Assembly: GCA_021613535.1 (NCBI GenBank)
Contig: CP075493.1
Span: 13,206,001-13,270,000, forward strand
Source: Adineta vaga
Taxonomy: Eukaryota > Animalia > Rotifera
DNA length: 64,000 bases
Direction: 5' to 3'
The notes below the pieces were generated by a model. The model did not search any database, had not been told where the DNA came from, and saw nothing but the letters and a program-made list of their open reading frames with translations. Position 1 is the first letter of the stretch. Every line of letters begins with the position of its first letter. Made by a program: the position numbers and the translations under genes. This document shows positions 63,136-64,000 of this stretch, piece by piece.

Positions 63136-64000
63136 ATGGCTTCTAGAGCTACTCTATGGCGTCATCATAAGCAGTACAAAGAATATCTATCGAAATCTCT
63201 GATTACTACTACTTCATTGTCTAATGAAAAGTAAAATTTGACAACTGTTATGTATTTGTATAGGTTTGTTTGTATGATTTAGTTGGATTGATTCAGCATC
63301 AACATCAGCATCGTTACATATATCAAACGACAAAGCTGGTGTTGAATTATTGACTGAAGCACCAATGATCGATGATGCTGAAATCGAGTCCAATGTATTT
63401 GCATCTATTATCGATGATGATGGAGAATTTGAAGATGAACCACTAACAACTACAGATACAACATGGTTTGAAGAAGATGTAGGTGACGTGGATCCATGGA
63501 AAAATGTCGAACTGGAATCTACATTTCAATATCGAACAGAAGATGATGAATCTTTATTTGATCAACTTGATGCGTAAGTATTATCTAAATATTGTCTATT
63601 CGTTTAAAATAAGTTTCAATGGTAAATTAGGAACCCAACGGAGAAAGAAATTGGTGCAGCACTTGTCTTGTTAAAGGTATGGTTTTATTTGTTCAGGAGT
63701 TTTATTAATTTCCATACATCTTTGTGAATAATGTAACTCATTTTTAAAGAAAAGAAATAATTTCTATTTCTATTATAGAATCGTCACGGAATGTCAAACA
63801 AATGTATGGACGATATTTGCAAATTTATAAAACATTTAAAAACTCCAAATTGTCCTATCAATTTTTCAAGAGTTAAAGATCTTATTTTACCTGAAGATTC
63901 TGAATTACCATCGTCAATGATTACTTATCTTTGTCCAGTTTGTTGTGAAGTATGTTTATCATCGAATAATTGCAATAATACTCTTTGTACACAGAACTCA
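63136..64000 (+). CDS. N-terminal exons of a CACTA/Mirage-type transposase (partial)
   Basis: MASRATLWRHHK, an acidic region, then EIGAALVLLK-NRHGMSNKCMDDICKFIKHL..PNCPINF and YLCPVC...C...C, the usual pre-catalytic helical + Zn-finger segment. The DDE core lies outside the window. Confidence 0.6.

Larger units (their letters stand above)
58856..64000 (+). mobile_element. Left part of a large CACTA/EnSpm/Mirage (CMC)-type DNA transposon extending beyond the window
   Basis: Abrupt junction at cccatgtgaaattttttt, a subterminal ACGCGT/ACGCAT repeat field, an AT-rich spacer, an accessory gene, and a transposase-like N-terminus. Confidence 0.65.

Noticed and set aside
1-64000. Bacterial origin or operon interpretation of the window; rRNA/tRNA genes
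   Set aside because: Spliceosomal introns, GPCRs and poly(A) signals indicate an animal genome, and no RNA-gene signatures were recognised.

Overview
AT-rich (~30% GC by eye) eukaryotic genomic DNA with many short (~50-65 nt) GT-AG introns. The gene-family mix (NHL/beta-propeller proteins, divergent rhodopsin-like GPCRs, ART-TPR, B-box/coiled-coil, TIR-SAM) and interstitial (TGTGGG)n tracts point to a bdelloid rotifer, probably Adineta-like. This assignment is an inference. The window is a fast-turnover accessory region holding about 25 genes or gene relics. Several are immune- or toxin-like: an intronless HipA/PI3K-like kinase, a perforin-2/MPEG1-like MACPF gene, a helical-TIR-SAM protein ending in a CaaX box, and an R-S-E ADP-ribosyltransferase-TPR gene. 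Several have non-metazoan-looking architecture: a plant-ABCG24/28-type transporter, a plant-type RING-vWA gene and a PhyH dioxygenase relic. There is also an 82-aa Cys-rich protein with an intact 20-aa mini-paralog that the ORF track misses. Many genes carry nonsense or frameshift lesions, including a 3.66-kb single reading frame with five in-frame stops and no frameshift. Mobile DNA comprises a MULE relic, a HINE/Helentron-like intron insertion, a dispersed family of short telomere-repeat-armed hairpins, and the left end of a large CACTA/CMC-type transposon that truncates a GPCR and runs off the window. All family calls come from motifs read by eye; no searches were run.
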